Origin: Botryllus schlosseri
Lineage: Eukaryota
Reading direction: 5' to 3'
Assembly (NCBI GenBank): GCA_051294905.1
Contig: CM119371.1
Location: 6,512,001-6,576,000, forward strand
DNA: 64,000 nucleotides
The translations under genes and the position numbers were made by a program. The notes below the pieces were generated by a model that saw nothing but the letters and a program-made list of their open reading frames with translations, was not told where the DNA came from and did no database searches. Numbering within the stretch: the first letter of the stretch is position 1; every line of letters begins with the position of its first letter. Positions 27,001 through 38,426 of the stretch are shown here, piece after piece.

Positions 27001-27352
27001 TGGAAGCTATGTTCGATTCTAGACAATGATTGCTTACAAAGCATTGTGATGGTTGTACAATTGTACATTGTGTGTAACTGTTCCAATGAAAAGTATAACC
27101 CAACGATGTTATGTTATGTTATCTGCATCACGAGAAGGGCGGATAAATCGTGAAGCGAAAAGTATCGAGAGTCACATACGAGGAAAGTATCACCAATTAA
27201 GATGTAGGCTTGTAGCTAGGTGAGTTATTTTAATTCAGAGAATTTTAATTCGAACTCAGAGCAAAGGCGGAGTTCGGATTTCGTTGCAGGTTGTCTACTC
27301 GGGTATTTGTAATTAGCGCAATTTTATAAAAGGAGAGATTTAAAGCTGTGCT

Positions 27353-30298
27353 CATAGGCGCCGAGTTACGGGGTGGCGGGGTGGCGCCAGGGTTGTAATG
27401 ACTCGAGTCATGACTCGACTCGAGTCAGACTCGAGTCACGATTTTCGGATGACTCGACTTGACTCGAGTCAATGTGTGTATTGACTCGACTTGGACTCGA
27501 GTCATTGCGCATGACTCGAAGCAAGTCATTGACTCGAGATTCAGACGGCCAAGACCGACATTTCATTGTAATTTCGAAGCCAACACATTATTGGGATTTC
27601 GTTTGTTGGTACTGGTGCTTGAAAATGGGACCAGGAACTGCTAAAAACGAGGAAATTGATAAATTATAAATGCGAACCATTCAATATCACCAAACAGAGT
27701 TAAAAAAGTGGGTTTAGGAAGACTTTAACTGGAAACTGAGCAGTCAACACAATGACTTGGACTCGGACTCGAGTCACAATACCATGACTCGGACTCGATC
27801 CTCTGTTTGCTGACTTGGACTCGGACTTGACTCGGTGGGAATTGAAAATGACTCGACTTGACTCGAGTCAAAAATATAAAAGTAAGATTGACTTGTGACT
27901 CGGAGCCTTGTGACTTGGTTACAACCCTGGGTGGCGCAGCCAATTAGAATAAACGCCCGCCGTCTGCGATTTCAAATCATCAGCGCTGTCAATTAATTAG
28001 CGAGTCCGTGATAGCGCGTAAATGCCAACTATTTAGCATTAACAGATACGCGCGCGAATATTTGAATACGCAACTTCGTAGGCGACGACGAACTAGTGCT
28101 TAAAACGGCCCAATAAGTTTTAATCTGTGATTAGTAATCATGCAGACAATCGAAGCAACCTCGTTTACGACGTCGATTTCGACACGCTGGCGCTGAGAAA
28201 AACCATCTTCTATCTCGACCAGAGGAGCGAATTCACGTTCTCATCTCTTAATTAAATTGTATTTGCGCCCATATTCGTTTACAAAATAATTCTCGTAGTT
28301 CCGTGATGGTCTCTTTAATTGGATGCTTGGAGCGCGAAATAGGACATTGTGTTTTGTATGCCTGCGAATTGAAAGTCATTCCTGCGCAAAGTGCGCATAA
28401 TCATCACTTTAACAAAGCTTTGCCAAGACAATTTTTATCGGAAAATGCCACAATGCAGCTCAAACCTCGTTACAATGAGCAAACAATTGTCGCGATGTCA
28501 GACTAGGAAGTTCCAAGTTGGAACCCCATTGTGCTGTACGCAAGTTGAATAATTGCTGATCAGATGGCGCGCTTTCTCGTTTGCTATCATCTGTAGATTA
28601 CTAATTCTTGTCTGCTTCATACACTCATATTCCCTAGGTGTCACTTGTCAGTGTTTGATTTGTTATTAATACCGGGCATTGTGCAGTGCACGGCGTTGAA
28701 TTACGTTTTCAAATATTGATGCAACACGAGCTTCTCGGTGGCGCAAATTCTGAATTTATGCGATTAGTTTTACCGGGAACCTTCTATGTTCCAATAAACT
28801 TAATTGCTGGACGGACCCTGTCGAGCTAGCGCAATCATATCGCGGATCGAAAAGAGAGAGAGAGTCGAATTCCAAACCTTTGGGATATGTATTTCTATTG
28901 ATAAGGTCGCGGCATGCGCCCATATTGATCTTATACTGTATAACACGTGGATAATTGAAAGCGCACCATTTTTCGATCACATTCGACTGGCTGATCGGAG
29001 CCTACGTAGTCGTAGGCCGTAGGTCCCGGGCTGATATTAACCAGCGCGTTGTCGGCATTAAAACCCCAGGTGCGTAGCCAGGTAGTTTCTCATTTATAAC
29101 TAGAAATCCCGTCCTTTTGATATGCCAATTCACTAATTCGTATTATCGATGCTGCGCACTTCAAATCAGCGAGAATCATTTGTATGCGAAATGGGTCATC
29201 GATATCTCATGTGCGTGCACTATCGGCGGTGGTTTGATTTAGCGCGTCCGCATGTAGGCTCGCTACCGTCCGCAGATACACTTTCTCCAAACAGTAACAA
29301 TCTCTGACTGTAATATTGTTTGTGTTTATGTATCTTTTTGATTAAAACTTATGTCCGCGTCTGAACAAATTGTGCTCGTTGCCATTGCCGAATCTGGGTA
29401 TTCAGGTATGACTAGCACACTCTGTAATTGTAATTATTGCAGGTTTGCGGCATGTCTGCAATTTCGTTATCAGCGCAATCTTGCCGGCCGATTTTACAGT
29501 CCAATAAAATTGATCACTACAAGTATTTCGCACAGCGTAGGCCTACTGAGGCTGATTTCAGCAATCTAACAATCCTTGTTTGATGTACAAATTCGACCTC
29601 ATCTTTAGAAACGTAGATTCGAAACACTATATCGCGATTTGACGACCACTATACGTTCACCTTCTACAAATTAAGGTGCATTATTTGCATTGAGGCGGGA
29701 CGCAAGCTGCGTTTGAAGTATTTTGTGATAAATATTCTCGGAGCGAAAAGTTGAACAGTGTTTAATTTTGTTTGCCTGCTAGTTGGAATTTATTCCAGTG
29801 CCCTTAATATTAATCTAATTATGCTTTGCGAACGTAAATCGGGACATGCAACAATGCAGTCGAAATCGATGTTTTAAATAGCAACCAATTGTCGCGATTC
29901 GAGCTACTCAATACTAAGTAAAATAACCCACTGTGTTGGCGGTAAGGGATAATTCATGATTGACCGCGCGTATTAGTAATCAAAATTCTTGTCTGTCTTT
30001 GGTGTTCTAGAATTGTCGCGCTGCGTTACTGCTCGCTCACTGCTCAGTCCAGCGACGAATGCCGAGTGCGCGGCAATTAATGACATGATTTCGCAATCGT
30101 CGTGATACGAATCTCGCTAATTGGTCGCGGCCCGCGTGACACTAATAATACGACTTGTGGAATTGAAACTGAATATATTAGCGTCATAATGGTCATTTCA
30201 AAAGGACGGGGTTTTGTGTTTCAAAAGGAGGGGTATCGACACCCCCCTGGCTACGGGCCTGCCGCCAACCCATGCAAAAATAAAAGCCGGCGCCTATG
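27353..30298. mobile_element. hAT-like non-autonomous element, CATAGGCGCCG family (second copy)
   Basis: TIRs CATAGGCGCCG / CGGCGCCTATG; TSD GCTGTGCT / GCTGCGCT (1 mismatch). Confidence 0.8.
27388..27929. mobile_element. hAT-like MITE, GACTCG-rich family (complete)
   Basis: TIRs CAGGGTTGTAA / TTACAACCCTG; perfect 8-bp TSD GGTGGCGC; related copies at 35248, 63548 and ~34262. Confidence 0.9.
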
Positions 30299-30357
30299 GC
30301 TGCGCTAATCTATATTTTTTTCATTTGGGCTCATTAGAGAGATACATCGCTTTAGAT

Positions 30358-31202
30358 CAGTGATTCCCAACCTTTTTACCCTAATTCCCCACTTCCGATT
30401 TATTCCGAGCCTTCATTCCCCACCTAAAATCTCTATATCCATATCTACCCTTTAAAGTGTTACCTCCAATAAAATTTTGCAAGACTTTGCTTAGTAAATA
30501 GTACGTGCTATTGGTGATTGTTAAGATCCTCGGAAGTGATCAGCGCGCAATAAAATTAACGCAGCGGTGAACTGGTTACCATAAACGCACCTCCGTAAAT
30601 ATAGGTATCTACCCCGGCTCGCAGCCAACAGAAAAATAGGAGGGATTTGAAAATTTTCCAAATGCTTCAGGGTAGCATCAATTTACATACGTAAATGCCA
30701 AATAATACATGGGTTCCTCATGTTGACGAACTCATGAGTGCGATATATATATAAGCCGCCTTAAACTACACTTTCGCGCAATACTGAAAGAACTTGAAAT
30801 AACGTAAATATGTAATTTCATTTGTAACGAGTCTGGATGTGCTATCAATTAGCGAGTACACGATCTCCCTTGAATACATGTTCAGCAATGTGAGCTCTTA
30901 TTACAACGAATCAGAATTTTTCTATCACTACGTTTCGTGACCGATGATGGTGTACAAATGAATAAAAAACATTTCTGGAGATCGCGTGTCGCTATCCAGG
31001 CGATTCTCGTTTATTGGAGGCACTGATAATATGAATCGCTGAATTGCGAATGAGCTGTGAAATATTCGGTCGGCATTTCAAAACGACATTTGATTAAGGA
31101 GAATATTACTGCAAAGATTTTTGTCAAAAGTGAGTCTATTCCCCACCAGAAATCCCGAAATTCCCCACCAGTGGGGAATTCCCCACCGTTTGGGAACCAC
31201 TG
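30358..31202. mobile_element. hAT (Charlie-like) MITE just upstream of Kelch gene 1
   Basis: TIRs CAGTGATTCCCAA / TTGGGAACCACTG; perfect 8-bp TSD CTTTAGAT. Confidence 0.9.
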
Positions 31203-31405
31203 CTTTAGATACATACACCGCAAAAAGAAATTGTCACCATACCAGCAAAGTTCGATACATTTTAATTATATTTTTCAGCCCAGTGTGTCTGTGTATACTG
31301 TAGGCCCCTACAGCTGATTTCAAATTGCAATACCCGAAATAACTTAATTATGTTCACTTGAAAAACAGTGCTACTCTATATTGTACATTTTTATGAATAT
31401 TAATC

Positions 31406-33007
31406 ATGGTGCAGATTGTCTGTCCAAATGTGGAGAAACATGCAGTGAAGATGATGGCAGAATTACATCGCATGAAGCAAGATAGCGATCATTGTGATTT
31501 CACAATTCAAGTTGGAAATGATGTCTACTACACACACAAAAATGTATTGTCGGCTGGATCCGAATATTTCAGAGCGATGTTGAAACATGACACAAAAGAG
31601 AGTCGCGAAGGAAGAGTCGTTTTCAGGGATGTGGATTCTCAGTGCGTGAAAAGTTGCATAGATTTCATATATTCCGGTAAATTTGATGTTCCCGATGAAA
31701 AGATGAATGATCTTCTTTATGTCGCAATCATGATGCAGTTGGAAGATGTGAAGCAGGCGGTATCTGATGCTTTAGCCGGATCAATTACCACAGAGAATTA
31801 CTTTCCCATACGAAACATTGCTGATATGTATGGTCTCGATGATCTCCACTCAAAATGCAGAATCTATTTTCAAGATAATATAATGGATATATCAAACCAA
31901 ATTGAATTTGGAGATACAGAACAAAATGAAATCACCGGTGTCATAAACTCGGAACAGCCAAAATTGAGTGAAGAAGATAAACTATCGTTATCGCTAAAAT
32001 GGGTGGAGAAAAATCCTAAAAAACGGGAAAATTTGCTGGAATGTCTAGAGTTGCTCAAGTTCGACGAAATGTCTCGGGCGTTTTTGCAGAATCTGTTAGA
32101 GACGCATCCCATAATCAGCAATGACTTGATGTTGTACAAGTTAATCAATGGCCATTTTATGAAAGCAACAATAAAGCCGATCGTATCAAAAGGCAGCGGT
32201 GAAATATTAATTCTTTTCAGTTACAAGACGGATGGTATCCAATCCTTTAATCCCACTACTGAGAAAGTAGAGAAGCTCCACGATGAAAAGTTCAAGCATT
32301 TGACAAATTTCAGCGCTATTTCTCTCGGCACTTATCTTTATATTTTATGTGGCACTAAATCTGTTCATCGTCTGAATTTCCGAAACAAAAATTCAAAATG
32401 GGAGAAGATGAAAGATATGATTCGCGACCATGGAGAGATTCCTCGTTCAGAGTGCTTATCGGGATCGATATTCGTCATTGGTGGAAGTTATCCTGAGGAA
32501 AGTAATTCCGTGGAAAGATATGACCCATCTGTAAATCAATGGGTTCAACTGGGGAATAAACCCACAAAAATAGCTTACGCAAGTCTCGTATCATTGAATG
32601 ATTCCATCTATTGTGTCGGAGGCAAACGTGATAAGGTTGTGGTTTCGTCGTTCAGCAGATTCACTCCATACTCATCAGAGTGGGTTGATCTCGAACATAT
32701 GAGATATCCAGCCTATGATTGTGGTGTTGTTGCAGTTGATCAAAAGATATTTGTGATCGGAGAGGGAACAGGGAGAAAGAAAATCAATTACATGGAATGT
32801 TATAATGTTACGTCAGCTCAGTGGACGTCATTGTCATCTCCAAATGTTTGCCGTGCTTGGAACGACGCGTTTCACGTTGGCGAGTGGATTTTTGCAGTAG
32901 AAGAGCTTGGAAATATCGAGAAATATGATATATTGAAAGATAAATGGAGTAAGGTGAAACCAAAAGTAGGTTTCAAAATCTACCGGACTGTAAAAGCGAA
33001 TGCATGA
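31406..33007 (+). CDS. Kelch-like protein (BTB-BACK-Kelch), 533 aa, intronless CDS
   Basis: BTB (CDFTIQVG...HKNVLSAGSEYFRAML), BACK region, and Kelch repeats (IFVIGG...VERYDPSVNQW; IYCVGG; MECYNVTSAQW). Polypyrimidine-TTTCAG acceptor at ~31278. Confidence 0.95.
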   Translation: MVQIVCPNVEKHAVKMMAELHRMKQDSDHCDFTIQVGNDVYYTHKNVLSAGSEYFRAMLKHDTKESREGRVVFRDVDSQCVKSCIDFIYSGKFDVPDEKMNDLLYVAIMMQLEDVKQAVSDALAGSITTENYFPIRNIADMYGLDDLHSKCRIYFQDNIMDISNQIEFGDTEQNEITGVINSEQPKLSEEDKLSLSLKWVEKNPKKRENLLECLELLKFDEMSRAFLQNLLETHPIISNDLMLYKLINGHFMKATIKPIVSKGSGEILILFSYKTDGIQSFNPTTEKVEKLHDEKFKHLTNFSAISLGTYLYILCGTKSVHRLNFRNKNSKWEKMKDMIRDHGEIPRSECLSGSIFVIGGSYPEESNSVERYDPSVNQWVQLGNKPTKIAYASLVSLNDSIYCVGGKRDKVVVSSFSRFTPYSSEWVDLEHMRYPAYDCGVVAVDQKIFVIGEGTGRKKINYMECYNVTSAQWTSLSSPNVCRAWNDAFHVGEWIFAVEELGNIEKYDILKDKWSKVKPKVGFKIYRTVKANA

Positions 33008-34276
33008 TTCTTTTGTTATTTTAAACTTGTTTGTTCTAGTTCTATCCAATGTAAAAATTTTCTAACCAGTTCCATTATATACCTACATTCCGTATTGTGC
33101 ACTTTGTCATTTGAATATACTTTTGAGTTACAGAACTTATAATATGTACAATGCACATGTAATAATATGCCTACATGCTACATTCATTATATAATTATAT
33201 TAAAACCCTAAGCTTTTCGAGCTGACAGTCTTCAGGGTCAATCGCAAGCAAATTTTTTCGTTTCAAATCATCACAAGATTTTGCCGCTATTGAAATTGCT
33301 GTCAGTTCTGAAGCCAGAGGTTGTCAGTAACCAAGTAATGCTATGTTTGAGCACTGCTCTTTTTGTGATTGTATTACAGTATTCAACTATTCATGTTTCT
33401 ATTGCACTTCTTATTCTACGTTTTTTCGGAGTAATCGCTACTTACTCTTTGTATTTTGGATTTTGTAAAGTAAAAAGTAATTTTAAGATTGATTTTTATC
33501 ACTTTTGTAAGTGAAATTACCTTATCAGCTCATTATATTATTATGTTATATCAGCTTGTGTAGTATAGTAGCGTTATGTAGTTTCAAAAGTACTGTATTT
33601 GTGTAATCATCAATCATTTTGTGTAGTAGTGAAGATGCATCTGGCTGCTTGAAAAGTAGCTCCCCGATTTCGGCCTACTACTAAAAGTATGCAAGAGTGT
33701 GACATATTGATCAAGTCTACTTTTCATAATTTCTTACTATAGTACTTTACCAACTTCATATATCTACTTGCATTAGTTTTGCATGGCTTTGGAAATCACT
33801 AGTTCTACTTTCCATCCAATCTATGGCACTACTGCTACTTTTACTTGAATAGCAATCCTGACTACTTTGACCATATTAACTAATTACGTTCGGTGAACTG
33901 ATATGTGATAATAGTGGGCTCAAAGACGTTAACTCGCAAAATATTCATAATCTGAATTTGTCATTGATGTTTCTACGACAGCACATATTTTTGCAGCAGT
34001 CAGAAGTCGCTTTCGAATGGTATCAGAAATCGCTGTAAATACTCTCGTATTCATTGTATATTGTTCTTGAATAATAGACGCTTTCAAATTTGCAATTGGT
34101 TCAATAACATCGTATCGTGGGGAACTTTAACGACAACGATTAGTGTGCACTTGATGTCTATGGCTACTAGTCAAGATGTAAGGGTAGAACTATCCAAGTC
34201 GTTCACATATGAGAGAGCCTGGTTAGTGGTTAATCAAGGAATGGATATCTAGTGTCACACACCAGGGTTGTAAGTC

Positions 34277-34515
34277 GTGGCGAGATAGCGTAGTGGTATA
34301 ATCCACAGCAACAGCACCAATGGGTTGCGGGATCGAGTCCGACTCCAGAATTCCTGCCCAGGTGTTTGAGGTTTACCTAGGCTCCTCCTCGCCATCTCAT
34401 CAGTGTAAGCGCCAAGCGGTGTCTTCTAAAAGCCTAGAAGTGGGCCGTGCTATAAGTGGCCTGGTGTAAATGACCATAGTAGTCGACAAACACCATGAAT
34501 ATCGAAAAAAAAACA
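34277..34515 (+). mobile_element. tRNA-derived SINE family A, second copy
   Basis: Homologous to 8763-9039 (GGTTTACCTAGGCTCCTCCTCGCCA, GGCCTGGTGTAAATGACCAT); A-rich tail. Confidence 0.8.
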
Positions 34516-35584
34516 AGTTTTAACAAAGTTCCGAGTCACAGGTCAATTTGACTTTGATAGTTTTGACTCGAGTCATTTCCAATTCACCACAGAGTAGAGT
34601 CCAAGTCATAGTATTTACTGTTCAGTATCTATAGTTCAAGTCAGGTTGAACTCACCTCTGTGAAACACTTGGGTGATATCGACAGCCTCGGGGATTCGTG
34701 ATGTAATCATTTTTTCTGACATTAAATATGTTTATTCAAATAGATAAAAGACAGTTTCTTGGCCTATTTTTCAATTATAATTGAATTATCGGTCCTGATA
34801 TACGACAAGATAGCGTAATGGTGAAGCCAAAGACCAAAGACTTGAGTAGTAACACTGTTATCCATGACTTCCCTGCTTGGCGCTCATGCATATATGGAAT
34901 CGCATGGAGGGGTGGTGCAAGACTCGGAAAGCCATAAAAAAGGCTATATCTGCACGTTCCTTGTCCAGCGGCTTATGCACATCATGCGCTCATGATATGC
35001 ATATGCGCAGATCGTGTGTATGTGTAGCATGAGTCGGTGTATATGCCGCAAAATACAGCACGGACAAAAATAAGCTACGTCCTTTTCCTTTCCTAGGATT
35101 ACCATATTTTAGAATCCGGCAAGGACGACACTTTTATCAAATCATAAAAGTTAGTTTTGAAAACAACTGATTCTGTTATATTGTCTGGAAATCTCGTTGT
35201 GTTGACTTTAAAAAGTCATATTCCTTCGCTCATCGTACTATATAGATCAGGGTTGTAACCAAGTCACAAGGCTCCGAGTCACAGGTCAATCTCACTTTTG
35301 AACTTTTGACTCGAGTCAAGTCGAGTCATTTTCAATTCACCAACGAGTTAAGTCCGAGTCCAAGTCAACGAGCAGAGGGTCGAGTCCGAGTCATGGTATT
35401 ATGACTCGAGTCCGGGTCCAAGTCATTGTGTTGACTGCTCACTTGCTCAGTTTCCAGTTAAAGTCTTGCTAAACCCACTTTTTACAACTCTATTTGGTGA
35501 TATTGAATGGTTCGCATTTATAATATACCGTACCAATTTTCCTCACTTTTAGCAGTTTCTGGTCGCATTTTCAAGTACCACTAT

Positions 35585-35820
35585 TGTGGTGTATCAGTCC
35601 CTTTTGACCACTAGTGGGTGTTTATACTGATTGCTCCTGATTACCTTCACGTCGGGACTATTCATTTCATTCGTACCAGTTGGGTGTGGCGTCGCTTCTG
35701 TCAGTTGTACCTACGTTAACTCTGTATTATTGCCATGTTGTATTCAGATACACTAGCTTACTTTTATGTTAATAAAAGCCTAGGAACCGATCGTATTGAG
35801 TTCTATCGAAGGGTACAACA
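35585..35820 (+). repeat. 5' LTR
   Basis: TGTGGTG...TACAACA; AATAAA at 35771-35776. Confidence 0.98.
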
Positions 35821-35849
35821 ATTTTATTAACATAAATGGTCATCTCAAC

Positions 35850-38426
35850 ATGGCGTTCTCTCAAGAAAAGTACATACGTGTGCCAGTTTTGGAAGTGATG
35901 CCAAGCTCGGCTGACTCGCAGAAGATATTCAATCATTGGGAGAAGATGTTGGGGAAATTCTTAGTTGCCGCGCAGGCCTCCGCTTCAAACTCAACGGCTC
36001 CCAATCGATCCTCTTCTGACCCTCCAGCTGAAGTGACTATTGACAAATTAGCTATTCTATACGGATATATATCTCCGGATGTGTTCGCTCTTGTAGAGCA
36101 CTTCGCTACGTATGAATCCGCTCTTGAGGCGCTATGCAAGCTCTACAAGAAAAAGAATAACGTGATCTACTCCAGACACCTCTTGGCAACGTCTCGTCAG
36201 GATCAAGGAGAAAGCGTCACGGATTTTTCGCTAAAATTGCTTACTCTCGCTAAAGATTGCATGTTCGCTGCTGTAAATTCCGACGAGCATCAAAAGGAAG
36301 CAGTTCGCGACGCCTTAATTGCTGGCTTACGTTCGCCTAATATTCGTCTTAGATTATTGGAGCACGATGATATGACATTGGACAAAGCGGTTCAGATAGC
36401 CGAATCTCTCGAGCGAGCTCAGCAATTTTCGTCTTCTTACGAGCCCATATCGATGCCCGTCCCTGTCGCCGTGAGTGCTGTGGGATCTGAACAGACGACT
36501 AATAGCGATCAAGTCAAAATAACGCCGGAGGGGACCGGCGAAGTTGCATTAGTCACGAAAGCATACAAGAAGTGCCAATATTGCGGCAGTCAACATTACC
36601 CTCTGCGCAAGGTCTGTCCCGCGAAAAACGCCGATTGCTATAAATGTGGATATAAAGGCCATTTCGGTAAGGTATGCAAAAGTGGCACTCAAAATAGGAA
36701 GATCGCTGCGCCAGCGTATGATTCTGATGAAGCCTCTCATTTGGCTTCTCTAGACGCCGGTGGAACTGGTGCGGTAACGTTTAATTCCGCCGAAGTGGCG
36801 GACCTCGCTTCCCTGTTGATTGGAGTACCGAAATCACTCAGATACTCGGCTATCATCATCAATATAGCAGGATTGACTATAGAGGCGCTGGTCGACTCGG
36901 GGGCCTACGAATGCTTTATGAGACGATCGTTTGCTAATTCGCTTGCACTCCCTCTGCACGGACCGGAATCCACTATTACTCTGGCATCGAAGGACTCCAC
37001 CTCTAAAGTATTGGGGCACGTTACTTCGCCATTCACAATACAGGATCATAAATACAGCGAAACACGTTTCGGAGTCGTAAACAACTTGTGCGCGGATGTG
37101 ATCTTAGGATTGGAGTTCCTGAAAACTCACAAGAACGTCATTTTCAAGTTCAACGGGCCTCGAAGCGACTTGATCATCGGTGATTCTCACTGTTCCGTCG
37201 CTGCCGCTAAGATTACAGAGACGCCAAAGATATTCCACTTCGTTGATAGAAATGTCGACCCCATCGCTGTGAAATCAAGAAATTATTGCACCGACGACGC
37301 CCAATTCATCAAAGAAGAGGTGTCAAGATTACTGCAAGAAGATGTGATAGAAAAGTCCGTCTCTCCGTGGCGGGCTCAGGTTCTGGTGACGAAAGATGAA
37401 CGCCATAAAAAGCGGTTAGTTATCGACTATTCTCGAACTATTAATAGATATACGCCCCTGGACGCGTATCCGCTCCCTAGAATCGAGCATATTGTTAATG
37501 AAGTCGCTAAAGGAACGGTATATAGCACCATCGATCTGAAATCCGCGTATCATCAGGTGCCTCTTTGCCCTTCAGACCGTCCTTTAACAGCTTTCGAAGC
37601 TGACGGTAATTTATACCAGTTTCGTCGATTGCCTTTTGGGATAACAAACGGCGTCGCAGCTTTCCAGCGATTCATAGACAATTTCATCCGAAATCATAAC
37701 CTGCAAGGTACTATTGCTTACCTGGACAATGTTACTATTTATGGCAAAAATAGAAAAGAACACGATAAGAGGTTGGAACGTTTTATGACTTCAGCCAAGG
37801 CTGACGGGCTGACTCTGAATGAAAAGAAATGTGCGTTCTCAGTTGAAAAGTTATCGCTCCTGGGGTACCTTATTTCCCATAACAAAATTCAGCCTGATCC
37901 TTGCCATTTGAAACCTTTGATGGATATGCCCATCCCTAACAATGCAAAAAGTTTAAAGCGCTGCTTGGGTATGTTTGCCTATTATTCGAAATGGATACCT
38001 TCGTTTTCGGAGAAAATGAAACCATTGACTCGAAACATTGAATTTCCGTTGAAAACCGATGGACTCCAGGCTATCAAATCGTTGAAAAATAGCCTTATAG
38101 GTGCTTGCCTAAGTTGTATATATGACGACGAACCTTTCGAGGTTGCCTGTGATGCTTCGGACGTGGCTATCGCGGCCATACTAAGTCAAAGAGGCAGACC
38201 TGTAGCGTTTATGTCGCATACTCTTTCCAAATGCGAGTCAAAATACAATATTGTTGAAAAAGAGGCTCTCTCGCTATTATTGAGGCCATACGAAAATGGG
38301 GATACTTGCTTCACCGCAATAAGTTCCGCCTCGTTACCGATCAAAAAGCATTGTCGTTCATATTCAGCAAAACTCACGCTAGTAAAATCAAAAATGCTAA
38401 GTTGTCGGTGTGGAAACTCGAATTGA
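35850..38426 (+). CDS. Gag-Pol polyprotein, first part (Gag, CCHC knuckle, protease, RT, RNase H start)
   Basis: First ATG at 35850; CYKCGYKGHFGKVC; LVDSGA; IDLKSAYHQ, LPFG, YLDN; CDASD. The natural frame is lost at ~38270. Confidence 0.93.
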   Translation: MAFSQEKYIRVPVLEVMPSSADSQKIFNHWEKMLGKFLVAAQASASNSTAPNRSSSDPPAEVTIDKLAILYGYISPDVFALVEHFATYESALEALCKLYKKKNNVIYSRHLLATSRQDQGESVTDFSLKLLTLAKDCMFAAVNSDEHQKEAVRDALIAGLRSPNIRLRLLEHDDMTLDKAVQIAESLERAQQFSSSYEPISMPVPVAVSAVGSEQTTNSDQVKITPEGTGEVALVTKAYKKCQYCGSQHYPLRKVCPAKNADCYKCGYKGHFGKVCKSGTQNRKIAAPAYDSDEASHLASLDAGGTGAVTFNSAEVADLASLLIGVPKSLRYSAIIINIAGLTIEALVDSGAYECFMRRSFANSLALPLHGPESTITLASKDSTSKVLGHVTSPFTIQDHKYSETRFGVVNNLCADVILGLEFLKTHKNVIFKFNGPRSDLIIGDSHCSVAAAKITETPKIFHFVDRNVDPIAVKSRNYCTDDAQFIKEEVSRLLQEDVIEKSVSPWRAQVLVTKDERHKKRLVIDYSRTINRYTPLDAYPLPRIEHIVNEVAKGTVYSTIDLKSAYHQVPLCPSDRPLTAFEADGNLYQFRRLPFGITNGVAAFQRFIDNFIRNHNLQGTIAYLDNVTIYGKNRKEHDKRLERFMTSAKADGLTLNEKKCAFSVEKLSLLGYLISHNKIQPDPCHLKPLMDMPIPNNAKSLKRCLGMFAYYSKWIPSFSEKMKPLTRNIEFPLKTDGLQAIKSLKNSLIGACLSCIYDDEPFEVACDASDVAIAAILSQRGRPVAFMSHTLSKCESKYNIVEKEALSLLLRPYENGDTCFTAISSASLPIKKHCRSYSAKLTLVKSKMLSCRCGNSN

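Noticed and set aside
26409..27153. Cluster of 80-93-aa ORFs that look like a decayed gene
   Set aside because: No recognisable domain; cannot be supported without a search.
35796..35849. ORF-track start of Gag inside the LTR
   Set aside because: Uses a TTG start within U5; the first ATG is at 35850.
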